A stretch of 64,000 nt of DNA from Solirubrobacterales bacterium (GCA_046330305.1 JAXLTA010000009.1:7349-71348), one strand, 5' to 3'; positions 1-9,468 are shown, counted from the first letter of the stretch. Notes: generated by a model not told the origin, from the letters alone. Made by a program: numbers and translations.

Positions 1-3000
1 GCGCCATTCATAGAGCGCGCCCTCGACCCGTTCGGCGAGCAGGCCGGCCTGCTCGGAGTCGAGCTCGACGCCGGTGACCGAGAGCCGGCCGCCGCGGAAC
101 TCGACGCTGCGGGCGCCGGCCAGGCCGAGCTCGATCCGCGCCCGCTGCAGCTTCAGCAGGTTCTCGGCGGCGCTCGGCAACGGCCCGAAGCGGTCGCTCA
201 GCTCGTCGGCGATCGCCCGCAGCTGTCCCGGCTCGCGGGCGGCGACGATGCGGCGGTGGACGTCGATCTTGGCCGCCTCGAAGGGGATGTAGGAGGCGGC
301 GAGGTAGGCGTCGACCGGGACGTCGAGGCGGACCGGCTCCGGCGCCTCCTCCTCCGCCCCGCTCTCGGCGGCGGCGGCCACCGCCTCGTCGATCATCTGG
401 CAGTAGAGCTCGAAGCCGACCGCGGCGACGTGGCCGGACTGCTCGTCGCCGAGCAGGTTGCCGGCGCCGCGGATGTCGAGGTCGCGCATCGCGATCCGGA
501 AGCCCGAGCCGAGCTCGGTGTTGTCGGCCAGGGTCGAGAGCCGCGCCGCCGCCTCCTCGCTCAGCGCCTCGGCCGAGGGGTAGAGCAGGTAGGCGAAGGC
601 GCGCTCGCGCGAGCGCCCGACCCGGCCGCGGATCTGGTAGGCCTGGGAGAGGCCGAGCTGGTCGGCGCGCTCGACGATCAGCGTGTTGGCGGTCGGGATG
701 TCGAGCCCGGACTCGATGATCGTCGTCGTCACCAGGCAGTCGGCGTCGCCGCGCAGGAAGCTCAGCATCGTCTCCTCCAGCTGGTGCTCGTCCATCTGCC
801 CGTGGGCTTCGAGGAACCGGGTGCCCGGCAGCAGGCCGCGCAGGCGCTCGGTCGCTTCCGGCAGCGAGTCGATCCGGTTGTGGAGGACGAAGGCCTGGCC
901 GCCGCGCTCGACCTCGCGGGCGATCGCCTTGCGAACCAGGTCCTCGTCGTAGGGCCCGACGTAGGTGCGGACCGGCCGCCGGCCCTCCGGCGGCGTCTCG
1001 ATCACCGAGATGTCGCGCAGCCCGGCGAGGCTCATCTGCAGGGTGCGGGGGATCGGCGTCGCCGAGAGCGCGAGGACGTCGACCTTCAGCTTCAGCTGCC
1101 GCAGCAGCTCCTTCTGCTTGACGCCGAAGCGCTGCTCCTCGTCGACGACGACGAGGCCGAGCTGCTTGGCGCGGACGTCGCGCGAGAGCAGCCGGTGGGT
1201 GCCGATCAGGACGTCGACCTTGCCGGCCTCGAAGTCCTTCAGGACCGCTTTGACCTCCGCCGCCGGGCGCAGCCGGGAGACGCCCTCGACCCGGAAGGGC
1301 AGGTCGGCGAGGCGCTCGCGGAAGGTGCCGTAGTGCTGCTGGGCGAGGATCGTGGTCGGCACCAGGACCATCACCTGGGTCCCGTCGGAGGCCGCCTTGA
1401 CCGCGGCCCGCAGCGCCACCTCGGTCTTGCCGAAGCCGACGTCGCCGCAGACCAGCCGGTCCATCGGCCGCTCGGCTTCCATGTCGGCCTTGACCGCCTC
1501 GATCGCTTCCAGCTGGTCGGCGGTCTCGCGGTAGGGAAAGGCGGTCTCCAGCGCGATCTGCCACTCGCCGTCCGGCGGGAAGGCGTGGCCGCGGCGGGTG
1601 CGGCGCTCGGCGTAGAGGTTGAGCAGCTCGCCGGCCAGGGCGCCGGCCGCTTTCCGCGCCCGCGCCTTCATGTTCTGCCAGCGTTTGCCGCCGAGCGCCG
1701 AGAGCGAGGGTTCGGCGCCGGCGCCGACGTAGCGGCTCAGCTTCGCGAGCTGATCGGTGGGGACGTAGACACGGTCCTCACCCTTGTATTCGAGGTAGAG
1801 GTAGTCGCGGGTGACGCCGCCGACCTCGCGGGTCTCGAAGCCGGCGAAGCGGGCCACCCCGTGGTCCTCGTGGACGACGTAGTCGCCGACCCGCAGGTCG
1901 CTGAAGGCGAGGCGGCCGCGCCCGCCGCCGGGCGCCGGCTCCTCGGTGCGGCGGCGGTGGACGAGGCGGCGGAACGGATAGACGGCGAGTTTCAGCTCCG
2001 GGCTGACGAAGCCCTCGCGCAGGCGGGCCTCGGCGAAGGCGACGCCGGGATCGGGCGAGACGCGGCCGCCGTCGAGCAGGCGGGCGTCGAGCCGGTCGAG
2101 CCCGTAGCGGGCGCGCTCGGCCTCGCCGCGGGCGTCGAAGGCGACCACGGTGCGATAGCCGGAGCGGACCAGCTTCTCCAGCTCGCCCTCGGCCTCCTTG
2201 ACGCTGCGGGCGGGCGACTCGGCGCGCGAGGCGCGGAAGGCGTCCTCGTCCTCGTCGCCGACCGCGGTCAGCGAGAGCGCGGCGCGGCCGGCGAGCGGCT
2301 CGGCGACGTCGACGTAGAGGTGGCGGGCGTCGTCGGCGTGCATCGCCGTCGTCGCGTCCTCCCAGGCGTCGCGCAGCGCCGGCTCGATCTCCTCGCTGGC
2401 GGCGAGGACGACCGCGGCGGACCCGGGAACCAGGTCGAGCGGCGCCCGGAAGCGGTCGAGCGGCAGCGCTTCGGCCAGGTTCGGCGCCTCGGCGCCCTCC
2501 TCCTCGGCGGCCATCGCCGCCAGCTCGGCCAGCTCGCGGTGCTCGGCGTCGAGCTCGGCGGCCGGCGCCAGCTCGACCCGCTCGGCCTCCCCGAGCGAGC
2601 GCTGGGTGAAGGTCGAGAACCAGCGCATCGAGTCGACCTCGTCGCCGAACAGCTCGATCCGCACGGCCCGCTCCTCGGTTGCCGGGTAGACGTCGAGGAT
2701 GCCGCCGCGGACCGCGAACTGGCCGCGCTCGGTGACCTGGTCGACGCGCTCGTAGCCGGCTCCGACCAGGTCGTCGGCGACGGCATCGAGCTCGACCTCC
2801 TCGCCCCTGGCGATCGCGAAGCCGGCGGGCCGCAGGGTGGCGTCGGGGACCGCCTCGGCGAGGGCCGTGGCGGAGGCGACGACGACCGCGTCGGGCTCGC
2901 GCGAGAGCGCCTCGAGCGCGTCGATCCGGAGCCCGACCAGGTGCGGCGGCGGGGTCACGCTCGATGCGTAGCCGGTTCCCCGGGAGGGGTAGAAGCGGAC

Positions 3001-3258
3001 CCGGCGCGGGGCCAGGTAGGCGCGCAGGTCGGCGGCGAGGTCGCGGCCGGAGCGATCGTCGGCGGCGACCAGCAGGGCCGGCCGGCCGGCCAGGCCGCGG
3101 TCGTCCTCGAGCAGCGCCGCGAGCAGCAGCGGCCGCAGCGTCGGCGAGGCGCGGACGACCTGGGCCTCCCCCCCGTCGGCCGCCGAGCGCACGCGGCCGC
3201 AGAGCGCGTGGAGGCGCTCGTTCTCGGCGGCGATCTCGACCAGTGGACGCAGGCTCAT
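1..3258 (-). CDS. mfd: Transcription-repair coupling factor Mfd. The N-terminus is present; the C-terminal end runs off the left edge of the window.
   Basis: Absent from the ORF track because no stop codon lies inside the window. My reverse-strand translation from the ATG (complement of 3256..3258) reads MSLRPLVEIAAENERL. Further on it contains RPMDRLVCGDVGFGKTEVALRAA (Walker A), LVVVDEEQRFGV (DEEQ box), LSATPIPRTL, TTIIESGLDIP and QIRGRVGRS. The + ORF 256..3309 is its antisense shadow. Confidence 0.93.
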   Translation of the reverse strand, partial: MSLRPLVEIAAENERLHALCGRVRSAADGGEAQVVRASPTLRPLLLAALLEDDRGLAGRPALLVAADDRSGRDLAADLRAYLAPRRVRFYPSRGTGYASSVTPPPHLVGLRIDALEALSREPDAVVVASATALAEAVPDATLRPAGFAIARGEEVELDAVADDLVGAGYERVDQVTERGQFAVRGGILDVYPATEERAVRIELFGDEVDSMRWFSTFTQRSLGEAERVELAPAAELDAEHRELAELAAMAAEEEGAEAPNLAEALPLDRFRAPLDLVPGSAAVVLAASEEIEPALRDAWEDATTAMHADDARHLYVDVAEPLAGRAALSLTAVGDEDEDAFRASRAESPARSVKEAEGELEKLVRSGYRTVVAFDARGEAERARYGLDRLDARLLDGGRVSPDPGVAFAEARLREGFVSPELKLAVYPFRRLVHRRRTEEPAPGGGRGRLAFSDLRVGDYVVHEDHGVARFAGFETREVGGVTRDYLYLEYKGEDRVYVPTDQLAKLSRYVGAGAEPSLSALGGKRWQNMKARARKAAGALAGELLNLYAERRTRRGHAFPPDGEWQIALETAFPYRETADQLEAIEAVKADMEAERPMDRLVCGDVGFGKTEVALRAAVKAASDGTQVMVLVPTTILAQQHYGTFRERLADLPFRVEGVSRLRPAAEVKAVLKDFEAGKVDVLIGTHRLLSRDVRAKQLGLVVVDEEQRFGVKQKELLRQLKLKVDVLALSATPIPRTLQMSLAGLRDISVIETPPEGRRPVRTYVGPYDEDLVRKAIAREVERGGQAFVLHNRIDSLPEATERLRGLLPGTRFLEAHGQMDEHQLEETMLSFLRGDADCLVTTTIIESGLDIPTANTLIVERADQLGLSQAYQIRGRVGRSRERAFAYLLYPSAEALSEEAAARLSTLADNTELGSGFRIAMRDLDIRGAGNLLGDEQSGHVAAVGFELYCQMIDEAVAAAAESGAEEEAPEPVRLDVPVDAYLAASYIPFEAAKIDVHRRIVAAREPGQLRAIADELSDRFGPLPSAAENLLKLQRARIELGLAGARSVEFRGGRLSVTGVELDSEQAGLLAERVEGALYEWR

Positions 3259-3391
3259 GGCAGGAAAAGAGCCCGGATCGGGCGATCCGGGCGGCCCGTC
3301 CGATTCTAGGGAGGCACCTCCGTAGTCGGCCCGGCCAGGTTCTGGGTCCTGTGCGGATGCGGGGCGCGGCCGCCGGGCGCACCATCCTCGT

Positions 3392-4270
3392 ATGGACCCC
3401 CGGCTCCGACCCCGCGCCGCTGCGGCCACCGCGACCCTCCTCCTCCTCGCCCTCGCCGCGGCGCTGGCGCTGGGCGGCGGCGGGGCGGCCGGCGAAGGCC
3501 GCACGGCGGCGACCTGCACCGGCGCGATCGAGGGCACCGCCTTTCACTTCAGCTGCGACAGCGCGATCGGCGGCAACGCCCAGGGCTGGCTCTTCACCGT
3601 CACCTCCGCCCGCATCAGCGGCGTCAGCGTCGCCGAGCCGGCCGGGATCGCCTGCTCGGGCAAGATGCGGCGGCTGCTCTGCAAGGGCCCGGCGATCGCG
3701 GCCGGTACCAGGGTCGCCGGCTCGCTCACCCTCGGCGGCGGCAGCGGCGGCGGCGGCGAACTCGAAGGCGAAGGGGAAGGAGAAGGGTCCTGCCCCGGCG
3801 AGGTCAGCGCCGCCCTGCTGCTCTACGGCCGCGAGGAAACGGCGAACGAATTCGGCGAAGAAGAACTCGAAGAAGGCGGCGAAGAAATGGCCTCGACCCC
3901 GGTCCCGATCGGGCGCTTCGGCCTCTCCTCCTGCCGCGCCGCCGAGAACGAAGGCGGCGGTGAGGAAGCTGCCGCCGGGCTGCGTCTCGGCAAGCCGAAG
4001 CTGCGGCCGCACAGCGGCACGGCGCTGCTGCCGGTGAGCGTGCCCGACGCGGGCATGGTGACCCTCGGCGGCGAGGGCCTCGTCAAGGCCTCGCTGCTGG
4101 CCCGCGCGGCGAAGTCGATGACCCTCCCGGTCCGCCCCAAGGGGACGAAGAGGCAGCAGCTGCATCGCGCCGGCAGGGTGGCGGTCCGGGCCCGGGTCAG
4201 GTTCACGCCGCTGCGCGGACCCGCGGTCGTCAGGACGAAGAAGATCGTGCTCCGTTACGCGCCCGGCTGA
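3392..4270 (+). CDS. Secreted hypothetical protein with a Gly/Glu-rich linker
   Basis: The N-terminus MDPRLRPRAAAATATLLLLALAAALALGG looks like a signal peptide. GC3 is high in this frame. The C-terminal segment (LRPHSGTALLPVSVPDAGMVTLGGEGLVKA...VRARVRFTPLRGPAVVRTKKIVL) resembles the tail modules of secreted proteins in high-GC Actinomycetota. I recognise no named family. Confidence 0.55.
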   Translation: MDPRLRPRAAAATATLLLLALAAALALGGGGAAGEGRTAATCTGAIEGTAFHFSCDSAIGGNAQGWLFTVTSARISGVSVAEPAGIACSGKMRRLLCKGPAIAAGTRVAGSLTLGGGSGGGGELEGEGEGEGSCPGEVSAALLLYGREETANEFGEEELEEGGEEMASTPVPIGRFGLSSCRAAENEGGGEEAAAGLRLGKPKLRPHSGTALLPVSVPDAGMVTLGGEGLVKASLLARAAKSMTLPVRPKGTKRQQLHRAGRVAVRARVRFTPLRGPAVVRTKKIVLRYAPG

Positions 4271-5453
4271 CGGCCGGCCGCAGGCGGCGCAACGGCTCGG
4301 TGAGCCGCCACGAGCGCGAGCCGACGAGCCCCCGCAGCTGGGCCTCGGCGGCGAGGCGCCTCCCGCGCTCGGCCTCGGCCGCGGCGCGCGCCGTCGCGGC
4401 GGCCTCCGTTTCGGCGTCGACCAGCAGGCGCAGTCGCACCACCTCCTGCTCGAGGCCATGGACGTGCCCCAGCGCCCGGGTGTGAGCCCGCACCATCAGC
4501 GCCATCGCCTCGGCGGCCTCGTGGTCAGGCGCCTGCCGCGGCTCGGCCTCCTCGAGCAGCCGCACGAGCGCCTCGGTGTGCTTGGTGGCGAGGTGGTGGG
4601 TGCGAACCAGGTCGTAGCCGAGCAGGCCCAGCTCGGGCGTGTAGGCGGCGAGGTCGGCGCGCAGCCGCTCCGCGTCGATGATCGTGCCGGTGGCGCTGCC
4701 GCTGAAGCCGTCGGCCTCGAGGCTCGCGTAGTTCTCGGGGGTGACCCAGCCGTCGCCGCCCCAGCGCTCCCAGACGTAGGCGGGCTTGCCCATCGCCATC
4801 GCCTCGAGCACCGAACGGCCGTAGCCGACGACGATGTCGGCGTCGGCGATCACCTGCTCGGGGGCGGCGGTGCGGCACTCGAAGCCGCCGACCCGGACCA
4901 GCTCCAGCCCGAGGTCGGCACAGGCCGCTTCGAGCATCGCCAGACGGTCGCCGGCGATGCTGTTGCTGAGCGCGAGCAGGCGCTTGGCGCGGCGGCGGTT
5001 GGCGGATCTGGGTCGGAAGCGGTCGAGGTCGATCGGCTGCCGCAGCCGCACCGGCGCGGGCCGCGGGGCCAGCGCCTCGATCCGCCCGCGCATCCGGTCG
5101 TTGAGAACGACGACGGGCGTCTCGGTGCCGCTGCCGCCGACAAGCGGCGTCTCGAACGGGGCGAGGCCGTGGACGACGAAGGCGCGCCGCAGCTCCGGGC
5201 GCCGCGCCAGCAGGTAGGCGCTGCCGAGCTCCTGGACGAGCGCCGCGTCGATCTCGGCGAGGTCGCCGATCTGGTGGTCGCCGCTGGTCAGCCGCAGCCC
5301 GCGGGCGGCAGCCAGCTCAGCGCCGCCGGGGCCGACGTGGACGGCGTGGATGCGGACCGAGTGGCCGAGGCGCTCGAGCTGCTCGGCGACCGTGGCCGTG
5401 TAGGACTCGGTGCCGCCGAGGCCGAAGCTGAAGAGGGTGATGAGGACGCGCAT
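4230..5453 (-). CDS. Glycosyltransferase (GT-B fold, GT4-like) with a C-terminal Ala/Glu/Arg-rich coiled-coil tail
   Basis: The N-terminus MRVLITLFSFGLGGTESYTATVAEQLERLGHSV is typical of GT4-type enzymes. The reading frame is clean, with native codon bias. Confidence 0.7.
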   Translation of the reverse strand: MRVLITLFSFGLGGTESYTATVAEQLERLGHSVRIHAVHVGPGGAELAAARGLRLTSGDHQIGDLAEIDAALVQELGSAYLLARRPELRRAFVVHGLAPFETPLVGGSGTETPVVVLNDRMRGRIEALAPRPAPVRLRQPIDLDRFRPRSANRRRAKRLLALSNSIAGDRLAMLEAACADLGLELVRVGGFECRTAAPEQVIADADIVVGYGRSVLEAMAMGKPAYVWERWGGDGWVTPENYASLEADGFSGSATGTIIDAERLRADLAAYTPELGLLGYDLVRTHHLATKHTEALVRLLEEAEPRQAPDHEAAEAMALMVRAHTRALGHVHGLEQEVVRLRLLVDAETEAAATARAAAEAERGRRLAAEAQLRGLVGSRSWRLTEPLRRLRPAVSRARNGARSSSS

Positions 5454-5573
5454 GCTCAGGCCGACGCGCTCCGGCCCTCGTGCGGGCGGAGGCGGGCGCG
5501 CGGGCGCGACCGCTGGGGGGTCTCACGGTTTGCGCACCATGCCCAGGATGCCGGGTAACGCTGGACGAGCATG

Positions 5574-5612
5574 CAACAACATCGTAAACACTCGCCGGCG
5601 GCCGCCGGCGAG
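5574..5612 (-). terminator. Putative intrinsic terminator after the 5624..7078 gene
   Basis: On the minus strand, 11 nt after the stop codon, lies CTCGCCGGCGGCCGCCGGCGAG. This is a perfect 22-nt GC palindrome at 5591..5612. It is followed by the T-rich run TGTTTACGATGTTGTTG. Confidence 0.5.
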
Positions 5613-5623
5613 CCTCGGCGAGC

Positions 5624-5894
5624 CTATTCGAGCACCGTGAACCTGCGGGTCACGGCGGCGCCGAGGTTGCCGGCCGCGTCGGTCGCCCTGACCTTGAACA
5701 CGTGCCTGCCGGGCTTCAGTTTCCTGTAGGTCTTCGGCGACCGGCACTTGGCGAACTTCCTCTTGTCGAGCCGGCACTGGAACGAGGAGCCGCTCTCGTC
5801 TGAGCTGAAGACGAACTTCGCCGTCGTGCTCTTGGACTTGGCCTTCGGGGCCTTCTTGATCGTCACCTTCGGCTTCTCCGTGTCGGGAGTCGGC
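5624..5894. repeat. 271-bp near-identical block, copy 1 (3' end of the short beta-helix gene)
   Basis: By eye it differs from 7102..7372 at only 5 positions, starting exactly at the stop codon. The sequences upstream of the block within the genes, and outside the stop codons, are not alignable at DNA level. Confidence 0.9.
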
Positions 5895-7078
5895 ACGCAC
5901 GCAGCGCAGGGTGGCGCCGAATGGGCGACAGTGCCCGCCGTCGCACTCAGTTCTGACGTTCCGCCGCCCAGCGTTTGTGTGGCGGCGATCAGAGTTCCCA
6001 CCGCAACCGGGCCGAACCCCACCCTCCAACTGCCCGCTGCGTCGGCGACGGCTTCGCCGAGAAACCCAGCGAGCTCTCCTGTTCGTGCAGTGGCCTTGCG
6101 GAAGACCCTCACCCTCGCCCCCGGTCGGGCCGTACCCGCGGCACTCGACTGCCCGGCGTCTTCGATGCGCGGGGGCGCGATTGCGTTGGGGCGGTTCGGT
6201 TCACCTGCGTTGGCCTTGAGCAGGCCGATGAACTTGCCACCGTTGTCGCCCCGGTTGCGTCCGACCTCGTTGCGAGTGGCTTCTGGGAGAACCAGCGAGA
6301 CCGCGCCGTCCAGGAACCCTTCGATCACGTTTTCGGAGGCGACGCTGTCGCCGCCAATCCGATTACCGTCGGCCGCGCCTTCGAGCGTGACGCCGGGGTA
6401 GCAGCATCCTTCTCCTTCGATTTCGTTCCCGTAGACCCTGTTCGGTCCGTTGGTCAACGTGATCCCCGAGTTGAAGCCGGGTTCGACGAGAATCAAGTTG
6501 CCTTCGATCAGGTTGCCGGAACCTTCGATCGGGCCGGTTGTCGCGATGCCGGTGCCGGCTTCCGCCACCAAATTCTCACGGATTCTGGCGCCGGCGGCGG
6601 GGGAGCCCGAGCCGATCACTTCGATGCCGACGGATCCACCGAAGATCGCCAGATGTTCGACCACGGCTTCGTCAGCTTCTACCGAGATCCCCGGAAAGTA
6701 CGGCGGGACTTCGATTTCCACGCAGAAGATGAGTTCGAGAGCGCGGCTCACGCAAAGGCTGTCGTGAAGTTCGACGGGTTGCGTGATCGTCGGCAGAGGC
6801 GTAGCGGGCGTAATGATCGCGTCGCCTTCGCCGTGGAACATGGGGAACTCGAACCTGATCCAGCTTTGGTCTGGGCTGGCATTCGCGGCTTCAATCGCCG
6901 CCCGCAATGTGCACTGGCCCGGCGTCGCGGTTTCGCAGATTGCTCCCGGCGCCGCCTTTGCCCCATCAGCCTTGCTGTTGACGACGAACTCGCCGGCGAC
7001 GGCCGGTGCCGTCCAGATCAGAGGGACGCAGGCGAGCGCGATGACCAGGGAGGACGCAGTCCGGCAGCGCGGGGACAC
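5624..7078 (-). CDS. Secreted CSLREA-motif / right-handed beta-helix repeat protein with a C-terminal Lys-rich Ig-like domain (short paralog)
   Basis: It has a signal peptide (MSPRCRTASSLVIALACVPLIWTAPAVAGE) and a GQCTLRAAIEAANA motif like the CSLREA N-terminal domain. PbH1-like repeats include NLIEGNLILVEPG and VYGNEIEGEG. The C-terminal domain reads PDTEKPKVTIKKAPKAKSKSTTAKFVFSS...HVFKVRATDAAGN. Confidence 0.8.
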   Translation of the reverse strand: MSPRCRTASSLVIALACVPLIWTAPAVAGEFVVNSKADGAKAAPGAICETATPGQCTLRAAIEAANASPDQSWIRFEFPMFHGEGDAIITPATPLPTITQPVELHDSLCVSRALELIFCVEIEVPPYFPGISVEADEAVVEHLAIFGGSVGIEVIGSGSPAAGARIRENLVAEAGTGIATTGPIEGSGNLIEGNLILVEPGFNSGITLTNGPNRVYGNEIEGEGCCYPGVTLEGAADGNRIGGDSVASENVIEGFLDGAVSLVLPEATRNEVGRNRGDNGGKFIGLLKANAGEPNRPNAIAPPRIEDAGQSSAAGTARPGARVRVFRKATARTGELAGFLGEAVADAAGSWRVGFGPVAVGTLIAATQTLGGGTSELSATAGTVAHSAPPCAACVPTPDTEKPKVTIKKAPKAKSKSTTAKFVFSSDESGSSFQCRLDKRKFAKCRSPKTYRKLKPGRHVFKVRATDAAGNLGAAVTRRFTVLE

Positions 7079-7101
7079 CCGCGTACCTTACAGCGCCCAC
7101 G

Positions 7102-7372
7102 CTATTCGAGCACCGTGAACCTGCGGGTCACGGCGGCGCCGAGGTTGCCGGCCGCGTCGGTCGCCCTGACCTTGAACACGTGCCTGCCGGGCTTCAGTTT
7201 CCTGTAGGTCTTCGGCGACCGGCACTTGGCGAACTTCTTCTTGTCGAGCCGGCACTGGAACGAGGAGCCGCTCTCGTTTGAGCTGAAGACGAACTTCGCC
7301 GTCGTGCTCTTGGACTTGGCCTTCGGGGCCTTTTTGATCGTCACCCTCGGCTTCTGCGTGTCGGGAGTCGGC
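7102..7372. repeat. 271-bp near-identical block, copy 2 (3' end of the long beta-helix gene)
   Basis: Same as for 5624..5894. Confidence 0.9.
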
Positions 7373-9396
7373 TGCGGCCCCGGCGGCGGGCAGGCGGAGG
7401 GCACCGCGGGGCAGCCCGAGGGCGGGTCGGGCGGCACGCTCGCCGTGGCGCCGACCTCCGAGGTCCCGCCTTCGGTGTTGGTCTGCGTGGCGGCGACCAG
7501 CGTGCCGCCGGCGACCGGGCTGAGGTAGGTCAGCTTCCAGGCGCCGCTGCCGTCGGCGGTCGTCTTGCCGAGATAGGCGCCCAGCTCACCCGCGGCCGAG
7601 CTCGACTTGGCGAAGACCCTCACCACCGCTTCCGGGGCCGCCGTGCCGCTGGCTTCGGCTTTGGTCGCGCTGGCCACGGTCGGCGGTTTGATGCCGCCGT
7701 TGGGACCGGCAGGTTCGGTGAGCGGTTCGGTGGCTTTGAGGCGGATGAACTTGCCGCCGTTGCCGGACCCCGCATTGCGGGCGACTTCGTTCTGCGAGCC
7801 TTCGACGTCGACGATCTCGATCGCGTTGCCCTGGCTGGTGTTGATCGTGTTGGCTTCGCCGCTGCCGTCGCCGCCGATCCGGTTTCCGGTGGCGGCCAGG
7901 CCCGAGAAGTCCTCGATCGCGATCCCGGTCTCGTTGCCGGTGAGGAAGTTGCCGGTGAGGACGTTGAGGTCGTTCTGGATGTAGACGCCGGTCTGGGCTT
8001 CGCCGATCGCGTTGTTCCTGATCGTGTTGCCGATTCCGGGCCCTTCGGTGTCGCCCCAGACGTGGATGCCGCGGTTGCCGCCGAAGATGTAGTTGCCGGC
8101 GATCGTCGCCCCGGTCGAGTGGCTTTCGACGCCGGTTCCTTCGGCCGAGACCCAGTTGGCTTCGACCACGGCCGCGTCCGCCGCCAGCGTGATCCCTTCC
8201 GAGAAGATCCCCAGCCCGATGTCGGGGGGGAACTGCGCGCCGCTGTTGTCGAGCTTGCGGCCGATCGAGTTGCCGAGGATCCTGAGCCGCTTCGCCGGCG
8301 AGGGGCCGGCACCGCTGACGACGGCGTAGTTGCCGCCGTTGATCAGGTTGCCGCCGCCGGCTTCCTTGCTGCCGACCGTGACGTCGCCGGCATTGCCGAC
8401 TTCGATGCCGGCGTCCGCCGCGCTGGCCGCGACCGCGCCGCTCGCGTCGCGGCCGATGTAGTTGCCGACGATCGTCGTCGGCCCGGTCGCCGGTTTCTCT
8501 TCGAAGGCGACCTGCCCCTTCAGGTCGATCGCCGCGACCGACGCCGCGTCGCTGAGGAAGACGTTGCAGCCGAGGTCGCAGGCGCTCGTCCCGGCGCCCT
8601 GGGCGCCGACCACGGCGCCGACGGTGTTGCCGGTCGCCTGGACGCCGCCCCCCGAGTCGGCGATCACCAGGTCGCGCAGATTCTTCACCGCGGTGGTCCC
8701 GTCCGGGGCGGCGCCGAAATAGTTGCCCGCGACGGTGTTTTCCTTCGAGCCGCGGAGCAGGAGGCCGGTCCGGAAGCCTGCGACGACGTTGCGCTGGACG
8801 GCCGCGGTGCCGCCGATCTGGCCCTTTTCGGTGTTTGGTTCGACCCTGATGCCGTAGCTGCCGGCGTTGGCTTCCTCGCCCGCCGCGGGCTGCCCGTCGA
8901 GCTTGATCCCGAGCCAGTCGCCGGCGGCGGTGAAGTTGGAGGCGTTGACCAGGATCGCGCCGAAGGCGTCGGAGATCGAGAGGTCGAGGATCGAGACGTC
9001 GTCCTCCTGCACGACGAAACCGGTGGCGAAGGTCGCTGGATTGATGCCGGCGCAGGGGCCGTTGATTCCGGCGGCGGTCAGGCAGGTGCCGGCGTCGATC
9101 GTGACCGGGGCTTCGATGTGCGGGAGTTCGGAGGTGAGCGCGATCGTGTCGGCCAGCCGGCCTTTGAAGACGCTGCCGTCGAAGAGGATGGTGTCGGCGA
9201 CCCCCGCCAGGTTGGTGACTTCGATCGCCGCCCGCAGGCTGCACTTGTTGGCGGCGGTCTTGCATTCGCCACCGGCGACTTCGTCGGCTTCGTCGGCTGT
9301 CGTGTTGACGATCTGCGCCGCCGAGGCGGCGGCCGGGACGGCGAGCAGCGCGGTGGCGAGCAGGGCCAGGACGAGGAGCCAGCGAGGCGTTTTCAT
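7102..9396 (-). CDS. Secreted CSLREA-motif / right-handed beta-helix repeat protein with a C-terminal Lys-rich Ig-like domain (long paralog)
   Basis: It has a signal peptide (MKTPRWLLVLALLATALLAVPAAASA) and an NKCSLRAAIEVTN motif. It carries many PbH1-type repeats (GNYIGRDASG, ILGNSIGRK, IAGNYIFGGNRGIHVW, IRNNAIGEAQTGVYI, LTGNFLTGNETGIAIE, ATGNRIGG). Its C-terminal 87 aa are nearly identical to those of the downstream paralog. Confidence 0.85.
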   Translation of the reverse strand: MKTPRWLLVLALLATALLAVPAAASAAQIVNTTADEADEVAGGECKTAANKCSLRAAIEVTNLAGVADTILFDGSVFKGRLADTIALTSELPHIEAPVTIDAGTCLTAAGINGPCAGINPATFATGFVVQEDDVSILDLSISDAFGAILVNASNFTAAGDWLGIKLDGQPAAGEEANAGSYGIRVEPNTEKGQIGGTAAVQRNVVAGFRTGLLLRGSKENTVAGNYFGAAPDGTTAVKNLRDLVIADSGGGVQATGNTVGAVVGAQGAGTSACDLGCNVFLSDAASVAAIDLKGQVAFEEKPATGPTTIVGNYIGRDASGAVAASAADAGIEVGNAGDVTVGSKEAGGGNLINGGNYAVVSGAGPSPAKRLRILGNSIGRKLDNSGAQFPPDIGLGIFSEGITLAADAAVVEANWVSAEGTGVESHSTGATIAGNYIFGGNRGIHVWGDTEGPGIGNTIRNNAIGEAQTGVYIQNDLNVLTGNFLTGNETGIAIEDFSGLAATGNRIGGDGSGEANTINTSQGNAIEIVDVEGSQNEVARNAGSGNGGKFIRLKATEPLTEPAGPNGGIKPPTVASATKAEASGTAAPEAVVRVFAKSSSAAGELGAYLGKTTADGSGAWKLTYLSPVAGGTLVAATQTNTEGGTSEVGATASVPPDPPSGCPAVPSACPPPGPQPTPDTQKPRVTIKKAPKAKSKSTTAKFVFSSNESGSSFQCRLDKKKFAKCRSPKTYRKLKPGRHVFKVRATDAAGNLGAAVTRRFTVLE

Positions 9397-9468
9397 CAGG
9401 AGACCCTATTCGGCAAGGCAAGGGCCACCAAATCGCGGCGTGCCGGGTTCAGCCCGAGGCTGGAGCGG

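Noticed and set aside
256-3309. 1017-aa + strand ORF, the longest in the left part of the window
   Set aside because: Its composition (Asp/Glu/Gly/Val/Leu/Arg-rich, with no motifs) is that of the antisense frame of a high-GC gene. The opposite strand encodes an unmistakable Mfd with all helicase motifs.
1778-4459. 893-aa minus-strand ORF, and similar Arg/Pro/Gly-rich ORFs (for example 7586..9421, 10254..11633, 17125..18852, 44586..45965, 57349..59136)
   Set aside because: These are off-frame read-throughs typical of ~70% GC DNA. They overlap well-supported genes in other frames and have no motifs.
5624-7372. Diversity-generating retroelement (template/variable repeat) explanation for the two 271-bp blocks
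   Set aside because: There is no reverse transcriptase anywhere in the window. Both blocks are coding 3' ends. The block contains only 5 differences, and they are not confined to adenine positions of one copy (on the coding strand, copy 1 to copy 2: three G to A, one A to G, one G to C).
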